The position numbers were made by a program, and so were the translations under genes. Below are positions 1-14,080 of a DNA stretch of 64,000 nt, one piece after another; within the stretch, counting starts at the first letter, position 1; every line of letters starts with the position of its first letter. A model generated the notes under the pieces. The model did no database searches. It saw only the letters and a program-made list of their open reading frames with translations, and had not been told where the DNA came from. This stretch comes from Octopus sinensis (Eukaryota). Location of the stretch: assembly GCF_006345805.1 (NCBI RefSeq), contig NC_043017.1, forward strand, positions 992,001 to 1,056,000, written 5' to 3'.

Positions 1-7
1 AACCACT

Positions 8-39
<32 letters not shown>

Positions 40-260
40 CAACACCGCCACCACCACCATAGACACCGTGATTAACAAACACCATCACTACCAAAACCAC
101 CACTTCCACCCACAACATAACAGTCTTTACAACCCCAACTACCACCACCACCACCACCACTACCACCACCACTACCAACCCCGACAACCACAACAACAAC
201 AACAAAGCCTCTACCACACCACTGGCCCCACCACCACCACCACCATCCACCACCATCAAC
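1..260. repeat. (CAC/CAA)n compound microsatellite
   Basis: Direct: runs of CAC, CAA and CTA triplets; explains the His/Gln/Thr ORFs. Confidence 0.9.
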
Positions 261-345
261 ACTCATTAATAATGTCTCGACACAAAAATAATAGACAAAC
301 AGTCTTAAATACCGATAAGCTGTTTGTCTTTTCTTTTATACATTA

Positions 346-365
346 TTAATATCATTACTCTTATT

Positions 366-447
<82 letters not shown>

Positions 448-450
448 TAC

Positions 451-493
<43 letters not shown>
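346..493. repeat. (ATT)n microsatellite
   Basis: Direct tandem ATT. Confidence 0.95.
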
Positions 494-495
<2 letters not shown>

Positions 496-980
496 TCGGT
501 CAGTAGTTATTTATGTATGCTACGATTCTGCCAATTTCGACCCTTCATTGGATCAAGAGATTAGTCTCCTTTTTCAATCGCGATTATGCTGAAGAATAAA
601 TCTTAAGACTTTTATCGCCGAAAATTGAATTTATGTCCTGATCATCATCATCTTCATTTCTATTTTCTTTCCTTTTTTTCATTTTTCTCTCAACTCAATT
701 TTGTCTGAAATTTTTATTTTTAATAAATAAAAACAAAATAATTTATCTATTAATACTTCACATACTTTCTTTCTTTTCTTCCTTCTTTCTATCTTCCTCA
801 CTTCTGTCATCTCTCTATCTTGTATTAAGTCTTCTCATATCTTTCTACTCTTCTACGATTAACCTCTCTCATTATCTCCGCCAACTTACTTTCACTTTCC
901 ATCAAATATCTTGCATTTCCTTTAATGTTTCTACAGTTTTTTCCGCCATATTTGATTTCTACGTTTTAGCCTTCACTCTT

Positions 981-1009
981 GTTATTATTGTTGCTGGTGT
1001 TGTTGTTGC

Positions 1010-1040
<31 letters not shown>

Positions 1041-1067
1041 CTTCTTCTTCTTCTTCTTCTTCTTCTT

Positions 1068-1098
<31 letters not shown>

Positions 1099-1182
1099 TT
1101 ATTATTACTATTACTATTATTATTATTATTATTATTATTATAATTAGTATTATTATCATCATTATTATTATTATTATTATTA

Positions 1183-1232
<50 letters not shown>

Positions 1233-1242
1233 TTATCATTAT
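981..1242. repeat. compound (GTT)n-(CTT)n-(ATT)n microsatellite
   Basis: Direct. Confidence 0.95.
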
Positions 1243-1243
1243 T

Positions 1244-1472
1244 AAGCAGCGAGATGAAACGGCTTGCTGGTAGAATTGTTATCGTGTTGGAGAAAATCGC
1301 TTAGAGTCATTTCTTCCGACTGAGTTCTCCTTATTTCAGATTCTGTCGAGGTCGGCTTTGCGCTTCATCTTTTCCTTGGTCGTTAAGTGCCAATTGAGCA
1401 CTGAGGCCTAAGTGATCGGCTTACCTCATCATTCGAAATTCCTGGCCTTGAGCAAAAATTTGAAATCAATAT
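1244..1472 (+). mobile_element. SINE family A, diverged copy
   Basis: Degenerate match to younger copies (gtcgaggtcggctttgcgcttcatc; tail ctggccttgagcaaaaatttgaaa). Confidence 0.7.
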
Positions 1473-1544
1473 TAAGCAGTTAGATGGCCGAATTATTAGA
1501 AAGCCGGACAAGGTGCTTGGCAGTATAATAGTCTCTCTTAATCT

Positions 1545-1792
1545 CTCTTACTTGTTTTAGCCATTTGACTGCGGCAATGCTAGAGCACCGCCTTTAGTCA
1601 AGCAAATCGGCTCTAGGGCTTATTTTTTGGAAGCCTAGTGCTTATTCTATCGATTCATTTTGCCGAACCGCTAAGATACGGGGTCGTAAACACACCAACA
1701 TCGATTATCAAGCGATGTTGGGGGGACAAACACAGATACACAAACATACACACACACACAGACACATACACAAACACACACACATACACACA

Positions 1793-1877
<85 letters not shown>

Positions 1878-2045
1878 TGCGATGCGCTTCTTTCAGTTTC
1901 CGTATACCAAATCCACTCACAAGGCTTTGGTCGGCCCGAGGCTATAGTAGAAGACACTTGCCCAAGATGCCACGCAGTGGGACCGAACCCGGAACATGTG
2001 GTTGGTAAGCAAGCTACTTACCACACAGCCAGTCCTGTACCTATA
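1545..2045 (-). mobile_element. SINE family B, full length (tRNA head, CORE-like segment, internal TA/TG microsatellite, 3' tail)
   Basis: Minus strand reads tggctgtgtgg (A-box-like), ggttcggtccc (B-box-like), cttgggcaagtgtcttctactatagcc (CORE-like), a microsatellite, then tail gcggttcggcaaaa...gccgcagtcaaatgg; many homologous pieces in the window. Confidence 0.85.
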
Positions 2046-3833
2046 GTGTCTATAATAGAAATAGTTATTATTGTGGCGCAGTGGTGCACCACCGTCACAG
2101 CGAAAGTCCCTAGAATGCGAAGGAGTGTGCTAATATGCAGTGCATAGAGTTGATCACTCCAAGGTTGTGCAGGTTCTTCAGCAAGCTCTTTCCTTTCTAT
2201 TTCTTCAATTCTTTCATTCTCTTTAAGTTTTTTTCTTTATTCATTTTCATGTATCTTTTCGTTCTACGTTTTAATTTCTTTCTTTCCTTCTTCCTTTCTT
2301 TCTTTCCCCTTCCTTCCTCCCTTCCTTTCTTCCTTCCTTCCTCCCTTTCTTCCTTCCTTCCTTTTTTCCTTCATTCCATTCATTCATTCATTCATTAATT
2401 AATTCATTCATTCATTCTCTCAATGTTTCTCATTCGCTTAATATGATCTGATTACTGATAATGAGTTTCTGCCTAATTTTCAACCTAAAAATTAAAATAA
2501 AATAAATATAAAAATAAAAATAAAGCCACTAAACAAAATCGTGTCCAATCATTTCATTGGATGAGCTGGAGATCTCTTTCCCTCTCACACACACAGTAAA
2601 ATACACACATGCATACACACATACACTCACGCATACATGCGCACGCGCCCTCATATACATATATACGCATTCTCTCTACCACACCCACATATATGCATAT
2701 ACACTCTTACAGATATCAGTTGCACGTACACACATTTATACACATATGTACTTTCAGAGATACACATACACACTTGCATTCGCTTACGCGTGCACACATA
2801 TACAGTCATAAACCCTTGCATTCACACACACGCACACTCCCTCTCTCACGCATACATTCTGTCTCTCCCTCCTTCTCTCTTGATATGTATATATGTGCAT
2901 ATATATATATATATATATATAATATACATATATATATGAGTGTGTGTGTTTGTATATATATATATATATATATAAATATATACATATATATATATGTTAT
3001 ACATATATACATACATACACACACACACACACATATATATATACATAACACGCTCATTCTATCTCTCACAGGTATTCCTTTTCTCTCTCTCTCTCTCTCA
3101 CTCACACACTCTCTCTTTTTTTCTCTCACCCACAAACACACACGCACACTCATGTGTGCATAGTCACACACACGCGCACGTTCACTCCCATTTTACGAGG
3201 TTAGTATTACAAGCCGGAAAACAATAAAACAATGAAAGAAAATGTGAACCCCACCCCTCCCCCATCGTCATTGCAGTGCATCGCGTATCTTCTTCCAATC
3301 AACAACTGAGAACATGTGATATTTTTAGAACTTTCATCGAAGACACTTTAAATCGCACAAATCAATCAGATAATGATGGCTATCGATACAAAAGAGATGA
3401 TTGATGAAATTGGTAAAGCTTCGTACTAAATATATCACAGGATCCCGCTTCGTTCTTTTATCTTACGTATGACCCCGCCTCCTCGATTTGCTTATTGTCT
3501 TTAAAGTTCTTTGACGTCTTATCTCTTTATATCTTTTGAACACACAAACAAAACACATGCGCACACAAAGCTCTACTTTCACTTTAGCCATCGCTTTGTC
3601 TCTCTCCCATCACACACACACTCTCTCTCTCTTTCTCTCTCTCTCGGTTTTCTTTTGTTCTTTCTTTATTTTTTCTTCTGACCTTGTATCCGTTTCTCTT
3701 TGTGATTCCATCTTTTCACTATTTGTTTTTTTTTCATCTGAATTTGGAATAAAAGACTGGAAGGCCACTGTTGGAGTGCTTTTGATTGTACGTCTGCTCT
3801 TTCAGGTTGCCCTGGAGCTAAATGACGAGGACA

Positions 3834-4080
3834 GTAATAATAATAATAATAACAATAATAATGATAATAATAATAATAATAAAAATAATAATAATAACAA
3901 CAACAACTATAATAATAATAATAACAACAACAAATATAATAATGATCGTAACGATGCAGATAAAGATAATAAAAATAAAATTATTGATGATGATGATGCT
4001 GATAATATTAATATTAATAACTACAACAACAACAACAATATTAATGATAATAATGACAATCGTAACAACAACAACAACAG
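3834..4080. repeat. (AAT/AAC/GAT)n low-complexity tract
   Basis: Direct; source of the poly-Asn ORF. Confidence 0.9.
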
Positions 4081-4618
4081 CGAAAACGGAGGCAACAATT
4101 TGTTGACGAAATTTTAGACTTTCTCTTCTTTGAACTCAATTATAAAGTCTTGCTCCAAGTTCCGAATAGTCGAGAAACGTACGGAAGACAAAATGGACAT
4201 AATTCAAAACCATTTTCCCAACGTCGCTTTCATGCTCTATGGGCAAATTGTAGACAAATATATAAATATATTAATAAATAAATATAACTAAATAAAAGAA
4301 TGTGTTCAGACAACGAAGTAAATGAAAATGAAAAATGAAGTCCTATATTAGTTTACGTAATTAATTTCTGAGTTAATTAGAGACATATAGATGTAAAAGA
4401 AATTTCGTATTCTAACTCTATGAATTACAGAAAAAAAAATGTAATTAAATAACTTTAAATTCATTATGCTATCTTCGGTAAAGAATACATATATGTATGT
4501 ATATGTATGTATGTATATATATATATGTGTGTATGTGGGTGGGTGGGTATACACATATATAAACATGCGTGTATATATATATAATACACACACACACGCA
4601 CACACAGATACAGATATA

Positions 4619-4656
<38 letters not shown>

Positions 4657-5629
4657 TTACTTATAAGTGGTAACAGCCACACTTTTATATACATACATGT
4701 GTGTATATATATATATATATAAACATACACATCTGTGCTTACATATACTAGGATATTTCCTTCAAATTACTTCAAATTCTGTGTTTTCAGTAATGTTTAT
4801 GCATGTGTGTGTGTGTGGGAGAGATAGAAAAATAGATAGAGAGTGTGAGTGTGTGTGTGAGAATATATCCGTGTGAGTATATCTGTATGTGTAAAAAAAA
4901 TTGAATAAATGACAAAGGAGCAGGAAATTTTGTTATGAACCCTAGCTTAAAGCTTTTTCCGGTCTAAAAGGCAGTGTTCCCGCAGTTGGTTGTCTTGCCT
5001 ATCATACTGTGCTTCGTCAGAGCTTCAAAAATGAAGGACAATTTCTCTGGCGGTTAGCACTTGTATACATACAAAAATATTAGTATAAAAGAAAAATAAC
5101 AATATGTATGATGTGAAATATAGTCATTGAAGGTTAAAAACCATATGTCTTCCCGAATAAAATTCCACCTCATGTTTGAAGGACGGATGAAGCTATAGGG
5201 TGATGCATTTTAGAGCAGAAATAGCCTTCAGCTAATGAAGTCATAACAAAATAGACTACATCGTACCTAATAGCAGAAGTTAATTATATAATTTCTTGTT
5301 CCTTTATTTATTTAATTTCCAATTACGCTCTGTATTTATCTAACGATTCGAACACGAATATATTCCAACATCAGTAGTTTAGTATCGTTGTACATAAGTG
5401 ATATATATATATACATACAGTATATACATACAATTGTGTGTGTATATATATATTCTTAAACAAACAGCGTCTTCGGGCTATAGCGTGGTATATCTTCTTT
5501 ATGACACGATGAGTTTGATACAGAGGCAACAATATAATGGCGTGGGAGAAGACAAAGATTAACGTTGGGGTTGCAAAACGTTAGATGTGATGGTGGACGG
5601 AGGCCATCTAAATTACGGTTCAAAGTGTT

Positions 5630-5925
5630 CGCAGTTCGGCAAAATAAGCTGATAGAATAAGTACTAGGCTTTAAAAGAATATGTTTTGGTCTCGATTTCT
5701 TCGACCAACGCCAATGGAGGCTGTGCTCCAGCACGGCCCAAGTCAAATGACTGAAAGAAGCAAACGAATACAAAACGACATCTGGCTGTCTCACACTTTC
5801 CGTCTACCAAATCCATGCATAAGTCATTAGTCTTCCCATGTTTATAGTAGAACTGATTACATTCATAAAAAATGCCACACAGTGGGATTGAACCCGAGCA
5901 CACTTCGGTTCTAAGCGAGCTTCAT
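5630..5925. mobile_element. two SINE family B fragments: 3' part on + (5630-5770), 5' part on - (5783-5925)
   Basis: gcagttcggcaaaa...gtcaaatgactgaaa followed by ttccgtctaccaaatcc...gtgggattgaacccg, both homologous to 1545-2045. Confidence 0.75.
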
Positions 5926-6404
5926 AATCAATTCGAACCTCACCACACCAAGGAACACAAACCAAAGAACCGAAATCAACATTCAGTTGGAAGCCATGTT
6001 ATTTTCGACAAAGTTTGAAGCTTGTTAATAATTTTCGAAACTTATTAAATAATATATATTAAATTTGATTTCATTTCATATTTCCTCAATTTTCGATAAG
6101 AGGTTTTATTTTATTGCAATATTTTGCTAATTACTTTATAAATTAATCAATTCGATAATTAGAAACTTTGCTAAGTGCATATTCACCAGTGTTTCGCATC
6201 GGTTCTTATTTCGGTTTCCTGGTGTATAGTTCTTTCCCTTTTCAAAACTATATCGCGTTATAATTTTTCATCCGCTTTTTAGATAAGGTTTTGTCCTTCG
6301 ATGAATATAGCGGCGTAGTATGAAATAAATACTTCGAAATGGACACATTACTCGATGTGTTCTAATAGGAAATTGTAATCTATCTATCTTTCTATCTATC
6401 TATA

Positions 6405-6526
<122 letters not shown>

Positions 6527-8237
6527 AAAGTCTATGAGAATTACTTAGTAAATTTGATTTTTTTTCGCTTATGTACTTTCACATTGATGTTAAGGTACCA
6601 TGAATAGGTGCTTTTGTTTTTTTTGACACAAAGTGTAAACCGTAGTTTTGTGCTGGATGTCTTCAATTCATTTAGCACACATCCAGCAGGAACTTTTTCC
6701 GTTAAGGTTTCATTACTATCTGTTATTTTTGAATTCCGTTCTTGTATTATCTGCAAAGTTTTGGGGGTTTCGGCAAATAAAACGAACCATTATTTCATCG
6801 TTTACATTGTTTGTATTACAAGAGAAAATGCGAAGTTTCCTGTTAATGGAACAATAACGTTCATTTTTGTTTGCGTATTCTTTCTTTAAATTTTCCATTT
6901 GTAGTGAAATGATTTAAAACTAAAGTTTCTGTGTAATAACCTGTTTTTTTTTCTTGATTGGTGGGGGTGGGTGTGGAATAATGTATTTGATATATTTGGT
7001 TGCTTTATTTGATTTTCGAAATTCCTTCTCGATGGTGTTTCTAGGAAGAGATTCAGAGAATGGTCATAATAAGCCTGTGTACACATACAAGTTTATGTGT
7101 GTACATGGCAAGTATTTTAGCAAAACAAAGCTCTTATAGGAACATGGAATTTCTATGTAGAAAATAAGGAACGCGAAATAAAATTTAAGAGTTACAATTT
7201 CGATGAAAAGAATTACTTGAGACGCATTGCGAATGATGACACGCAAACAATTATTAAAAGCAAGTAGTTTGTCAGTACAAAAGTGACAATAAAATATCAA
7301 TGATAGAAACTGTATCGATAAATTAGTGCAGGTTGAAGTAAATACCGTCAACAACAAGAACAACGTCAACGCAGCTCACATTCGAAAAGAACGAAAATAT
7401 CACATGCTTTGCCATCATGAAAGGGGAGGAGAATTGTCTGACTTATGAAAGATATTGGAACAAGAATTTTGTAGAGGATAGACAAAAGATAAACGTCTAC
7501 AAGTTTCTGATTTTACCTAAAACATTGTCCAGGTTTCAATTCATCGCTCGTCAGAAATTTGAGGAAACTCTGTCTGATATGTGTCATGTGGTCTGTTATT
7601 ACTTACGAGAGTGAAAGCTTTAATATAATCCTGGTACTGGAACGGGAGATGGAATCTCAAACAGAATGTTTTATTAACCATTAAAATAAATTGATAAATC
7701 AAACTACATGGCGAGTCACACACAAAAAAAAAACGTAAGCCACAATAAGATGTATCTCTGCGGAAATCGGCCCTCGGATTATTTTCACTTTCGTGAAATA
7801 GGATTTAGAGTTTGCTTGAAAGAATGAGATATTCTCATAAAAATGTTATCTAGACGCTCAGTATGGAACTGTAAGCACTAATGTGCTCCGAAAAAGTAAA
7901 GCCATACGACAGATACCTTTGGAGTGTTCAATATTTGAAACATCCAGATTACATGCGTACAAACATACGTACAGACAGGCACACGCATATATATATACAT
8001 ATACTTCGTTGGCCATTCTTCCGTTTCATAGTTGGCCTCCACAGACTTCAGGCTCATCCCTACTGTACTCTTGGAATATTCTTTTGTTTGTAAAATTACT
8101 TTTCATTTCACGATTACGGTTTCTTTTTTGTTTTGGAGTAATGTTCTCATTCTCCTGTTTAAAATGATTCTTAAGAAACAGCTGTAATTTGTTGACAATT
8201 ATCCATCGTATGTATATATGTATATATATATAAATAA

Positions 8238-8320
<83 letters not shown>

Positions 8321-9552
8321 TATATATACATGTATGTATTTATGTATGCATGTATGTATTTATGTATGCATGTATGTGTGTGTGTGTGTGTATGTGTATG
8401 TGTGTGTGTGTGTGTGAGTATACACAAATAAAAAGAATATTGAAAAACAGTAGTGACAAGAAGACCAGTAAAGAAAATCACAAAACAGCCCCACAGAACG
8501 ACAACAATAACAAGAACAGCTCCTACACACGAGCAGACAAAGAAGAACTAATCTCTCTTCCTTCACCAAAAAATAAAAAAAAAATAAAAATAGAAACAAC
8601 CAACATCGAAGCAATATTCCCTCCAATCCATTCCGTCATTTTGAAGAAATCCATTCTTCAACAAAAGATTTTTGAACACAAAAACAAAGTCAATAAAGAC
8701 AGTATCATTTTCTCTTGTATTCTTTCGAATTGTCCTAGATTTTATGGAATTATTATCAGTCTTCATACTTCATAGAATCTCCATTTCCGCATGACTGCAC
8801 CTATTAATTATGAATTCGCTAAAAACACAATTGTTTATATCAATTGGATAGTTGGCTTAATTCGTGTAATTAAATTGTAGATTATGGCGCAGTCCCACAC
8901 CTTACTGGAATAATCTTCGCTTTAAATAGAATTAATTTCTAAATGATTAGAGAATGCTCATTATTTGCTATCGTTGCAATTTTGTGTGTGTCTGTGTGTC
9001 TGTGTATGTATGTGTGTGTGGACGTGTGTGTTTGTGCTTCTGACTGTCTCTCTGCGTATGTATATATGTGTGTATGATTTTCAGTATATGTGCTTCTCTG
9101 CATATTCTTGTTGTAGAATGCATTTGAACACATCAGCCAATGCGTATACGTGTGTTTGTGTGTGCGCGTGTATCTGCGTGTGTGAATCTGAGTGTGTGTA
9201 TGTGTGTATGCTTAGAGAAACGTGTGCATACATACACAACTTACTCACAAACACACACACATAAATATACATACATACACACACACACAATAAATGGCTA
9301 TATATATTGCATTGGTGTTTATACTTGCATTTAACGGGTTTTTGTCTTTTTGTCTTAAAATTAAAAAAGAATTCCATTTACTGTTTGAACAATGTAACTC
9401 TATATCATTAATATTAGTGCCAAGAAGAAAAACAAAAGAAGAACAGCAGAATGATAATTATTATTTTTAGTATCATTAAATTATTTTTAATATTTATCAT
9501 TATGTTTGGATTGCCACTAATTTTGTTATTTATATTTGTTTCTAATTTTGTA

Positions 9553-9882
<330 letters not shown>

Positions 9883-10564
9883 TAGTGCTAGTGAAGTAGT
9901 AATTAGCTTAACCGCGTGTAAAGATGAGCAGCTTTCGTGTAACATCTGGTTTCTGTCTCCTTTCTGCTCCTGAACAGTAATAATACAAACCGAACAGAAA
10001 TCAACTGAATAAGATTCTCTCTTTCACTTCCTCGGCCTTCCGCATATCCTTTCTCCCACATCTTCTCACTCACTCTTTTCGTCACACATGAAACATATTA
10101 TATATCAATATATATATATATATATAAAATATAGGTATATATATGTATATATATATATATATATAGGTATATATATATATATATATAAAATATGTATATA
10201 TATAATCAGTCGTTTGAAAATATGGATTATGTTCATCGATCAACTATATTACCTGCTCCTGAATAAAAGATGCTAAACTTTCAAAGACACGGCTAACGGG
10301 TTCGTAATTCTCAGGTAGAATGAAATATGTGATAAGGACAATCATTTCGAAATGTATGTAGAATAAACCAGAGGAATTTTTACACAGATCCATGCAAAAT
10401 GATTTGTCTCAGAAAGTTTGGAAGCATTACCCATGATGCCACGCAAATTAATCAAACCGGAAAACAATCTATACGAAATGAACTTCTTAAACATTGAAGT
10501 AAATTGCTTTACTCTATATACAGGAAGACATCGTATATTTTAATTTTGCGCATGAGCATCGTTA

Positions 10565-10988
10565 GTTTTGATTTTGTCAACATCACAGTCCGCGCCATGC
10601 CACACAAGCAGGAGAACCCAGTCAATATCTGTGACCGTATAACCTTTAACATGTGGCCACCTAAATCCCCGGACTATAATTCATTTGGTTATTATGTATG
10701 GGGTGCAGTTGACCGAGAGAGCAACTAAAAAAACTTCTTCTAATACCAATGATGAACTGAACACAAGGATTATGGCAACATTCACCAGCATAAACCAGGA
10801 AACCGTCCAGAAGAGTTGCAGGAGATTCCAAAGTCGTATGCAGGCCACTGTTGAAGCCAAGAGCGACTTTATTGAATAATTTTACTCTTTAGTACTTCAA
10901 AATATTTTTATCTAGTTTCGATAAATATATCTGTTAAAATGAAATGTAAGTGTTATTTTAATTTTTGCGTAATTTAGACGACAGCCTG
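10565..10988 (+). mobile_element. Tc1/mariner (maT/DD37D-like) transposon, 3' remnant with right TIR
   Basis: WPPKSPDYNSFGYYVWGAV (WPPNSPDLNPLDY-type motif) and C-terminus CRRFQSRMQATVEAKSDFIE*; ends gcgtaatttagacgacagcctg+TA; same family as 53319-54060. Confidence 0.85.
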
Positions 10989-11060
10989 TACATACGTATA
11001 TATATATACACACACGCATATATATATATATATACACATACATATATACATACATACATA

Positions 11061-11104
<44 letters not shown>

Positions 11105-11349
11105 TATATATATGTATGTGTGTGCGTGTGTATGTGTGTGTAAAGACAAGATCCAAGGTGAAATTGTAGGAAGTTTGTGAAATTCAAGTAATCCGTAGAA
11201 ATATATAAAAAAACAATCAAGAACAACAGTGGTTTATTGTTGCAGAATGTTGTGCATCTTTTCCGTCTCGAAGAACATACAAGAAGCTGAAAACAGTTTT
11301 ATAGGTCACGGTTAGTCCCGGGATGGGTTGGGGCGTATATGCCTATAAA

Positions 11350-11655
11350 TACCCAAAATTTAGGGAATGGAGTAGGTAAAATCGAGACTACATACGTTTC
11401 GTAGCTAGCAGAACTTCGGACGTAGTAAATTATCTTAACACTGAGCAGACCGCAAAAAGACTTGATTATCCCCAACGAGTCTGCACGGGATTCCTTAACG
11501 CTAAAGTAAACTTCATACAACCACGGTATGTTTAGCCTGAAGAGTAGGCTGCGGTCAACTCCATGTTTGGATAATTTACTACTTCCGAAGTACCGCTACC
11601 TTTGAAATATATGCAGCCTCGATATTATCTACACCATTTCCTAATTTTTGAATAC
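11350..11655. repeat. imperfect inverted repeat (~105-bp arms, 11350-11454 / 11550-11655)
   Basis: acttcggacgtagtaaattatc pairs with gataatttactacttccgaagt; gaccgca with tgcggtc. Confidence 0.85.
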
Positions 11656-11852
11656 ATATATATATGACTTGAATATCCAACTTGTCCGTTGTGCTTGAGG
11701 CCTAAGCTGCCATCTGTTCAGAAGTGTTTCCTTTATAAATATGTAATGCTATCATCGGTCAATTACAGAAGTCACTCAAAACAGCTGTAATGAACTGACA
11801 CACATCTTTGTTTCTCATTTACATTACATGTATATGTGTATGTACATACATA

Positions 11853-11895
<43 letters not shown>

Positions 11896-11908
11896 CACAC
11901 ACACACAC

Positions 11909-11963
<55 letters not shown>

Positions 11964-12624
11964 TATGTTTCCAGTGACCTGTTATCAATATCCTTCTCCA
12001 GCAATGAGTCGAACTTCATGAGGCGTTTCTCGTTAATAGAAATTTCACACTTGTTAAAGTATGTCACGTGTATTGTACGGGAAATACAGTGGTGCTGATA
12101 AAATATGATATACCAGAGAATTAGTAATTCAAGTGGTACTCGCAGAGCAGCGAATATATGAAAACAAAGAGTCATATATTTAATATTAATACATCATGGT
12201 GGCTTCATCATCGGAGAACATTGTCTCATTTTAGACGATGTATTTTGTTAACACGCGATTTACCAGTGAAAGGGTTCTTTCAGACGCTGTAGTGAATGCC
12301 TTGTGTGTGTCTTCTCAGTTACAGTTTAAAAAAACGGAAAAAAGAAATTGATATTAACTATCTTCTTTTTCTTTCGTATTCTTTTCTTTCGTGGTTTGAA
12401 ACAATAAACAATGTTTTTGCTTCTGTGTGCTAAACATAATAATTCACGTAATTCATGGGGTAAATATCAAGGAAGGTGGAAAGTGTTATAAGTGCGGGTT
12501 CTCGGTGTTTAGTATGTTCATGATAGATTCAAAGGTTGATACATAGACACAATAAAGTGTTCTTAAGAAGATAGATTTGTAGGTAAACAGCTAAAAAGAA
12601 AATGAAAGACAGATATATAGGTTC

Positions 12625-12710
<86 letters not shown>

Positions 12711-12716
12711 GGATGA

Positions 12717-12767
<51 letters not shown>

Positions 12768-12790
12768 TAGGGATGGATAGACAGATATAT
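12625..12790. repeat. (ATAG)n microsatellite
   Basis: Direct. Confidence 0.95.
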
Positions 12791-12877
12791 ATATATATGT
12801 CTATCCATCCCTCTATCTATCTATCTATGAACCTATATATCTTTCTTTATATATATATATAGAGATATTTCTTTATA

Positions 12878-12934
<57 letters not shown>

Positions 12935-13573
12935 AGACTGATTGATAGGTAGATAGATAGACAGATAAAGATATAAGCACATAGAATAATATATACATAA
13001 GTACCTATTTGATAGATAAACAGATGGATACATAGATAAAACAGATGAGATGTTTCCAGCGCATTGTACACGCCTTTGATCATAAGCCCGTTGCATCATG
13101 GATGACTTCGATGAGTAAACATCAAACGCAACAACAGCAATGCAAGACATGTATAGTAAGATCTATAGAAATTTCTCCCCCAGTTAACCCCCACCTCTCA
13201 TTTATTGTGAAGACATGAGAGAACTGTGCAATGATATAGAATAAAGTGTAACGTCAGGTTTTATGTTGAGAACCGCCAAATGAAAAATAAGAGATCTGAC
13301 CTGAAGAATTTTTATCCCAATATTTTCGATTCTATCCAGTCTGAAGCAGGTTAAAATCCGGAATCCGATTCGTACGAACAAACTCTAAATTAAGTGGAAA
13401 GTGAAGGATCTACGTTCCGCGTTCCAGTCATGCTTCTGAGAAAAGATGAAAGGGAAATATTTGTTATCTCTTCAGTTGTAATTCTGCACACAGAGCGATA
13501 ACAATATATTCACCACTTTCCTCGATCGAATCCATAGCAGATAGTTTAGTTATTAACTTATTCAATCCGCTAA

Positions 13574-13725
13574 GGCGGCGAGCTGGCAGAATCGTTAGCG
13601 CGCTGGGCAAAATCAAGTGTTCTGATCTCAAAATCCGCCGAGCTAGATTTTGCATTTTGTACTTTCGGCGTCGATAAATCAAGTGCTATTTGAGTACTGG
13701 AGCAGAAGTAATCGACTTAATCCGC
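13574..13725 (+). mobile_element. SINE family A, internally deleted copy
   Basis: ggcggcgagctggcagaatcgttagc head; gtcgataaatcaagtgc body. Confidence 0.75.
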
Positions 13726-13888
13726 CCAGTGTAGGGACGACAAAAATTAAAGTTACTCGAAACCTATTTCCTGTTCGTAGAGGTATCTGCGGAAGTACTG
13801 GGGAGCAAAATGCATTTGGCGTTGTTATCTATAGTAGGATGTATTTGAGGGTTAAGAGATATTTTGGCTAATATTTCTGGCAATAGAA

Positions 13889-14080
13889 GGCTGTGAGGTG
13901 GCAGAATCATTAGCGAGCCGAGCATAGTGTTTAGCGGTATTTCGTCCATCTTAGTGGTCTGTGTTGAAATTCTGCCGAGGTCGATCTGTTATCCTTTCAG
14001 GGTCTATAAAACAAACACCATTTGAACCCTTACCTCCCATCCCCGACCTTGCTGGCCTTGTGCCAAAATTTGAAGCCAAT
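13889..14080 (+). mobile_element. SINE family A copy
   Basis: ttagcggtatttcgtc...gccgaggtcgat...cttgctggccttgtgccaaaatttgaa. Confidence 0.8.

Noticed and set aside
3536-4117. 193-aa ORF with poly-Asn
   Set aside because: Mostly CT and AAT repeats, with a non-ATG start and no recognisable domain.
4970-5025. Minus-strand CTGACGA-AGCACAGT...ACTGC-GGGAAC
   Set aside because: The GAAA box is broken and stems I and III are absent; at best a dead hammerhead relic.
7525-7560. Minus-strand CTGACGA...GAAAC
   Set aside because: Stem II does not pair and there is no stem I; likely chance.
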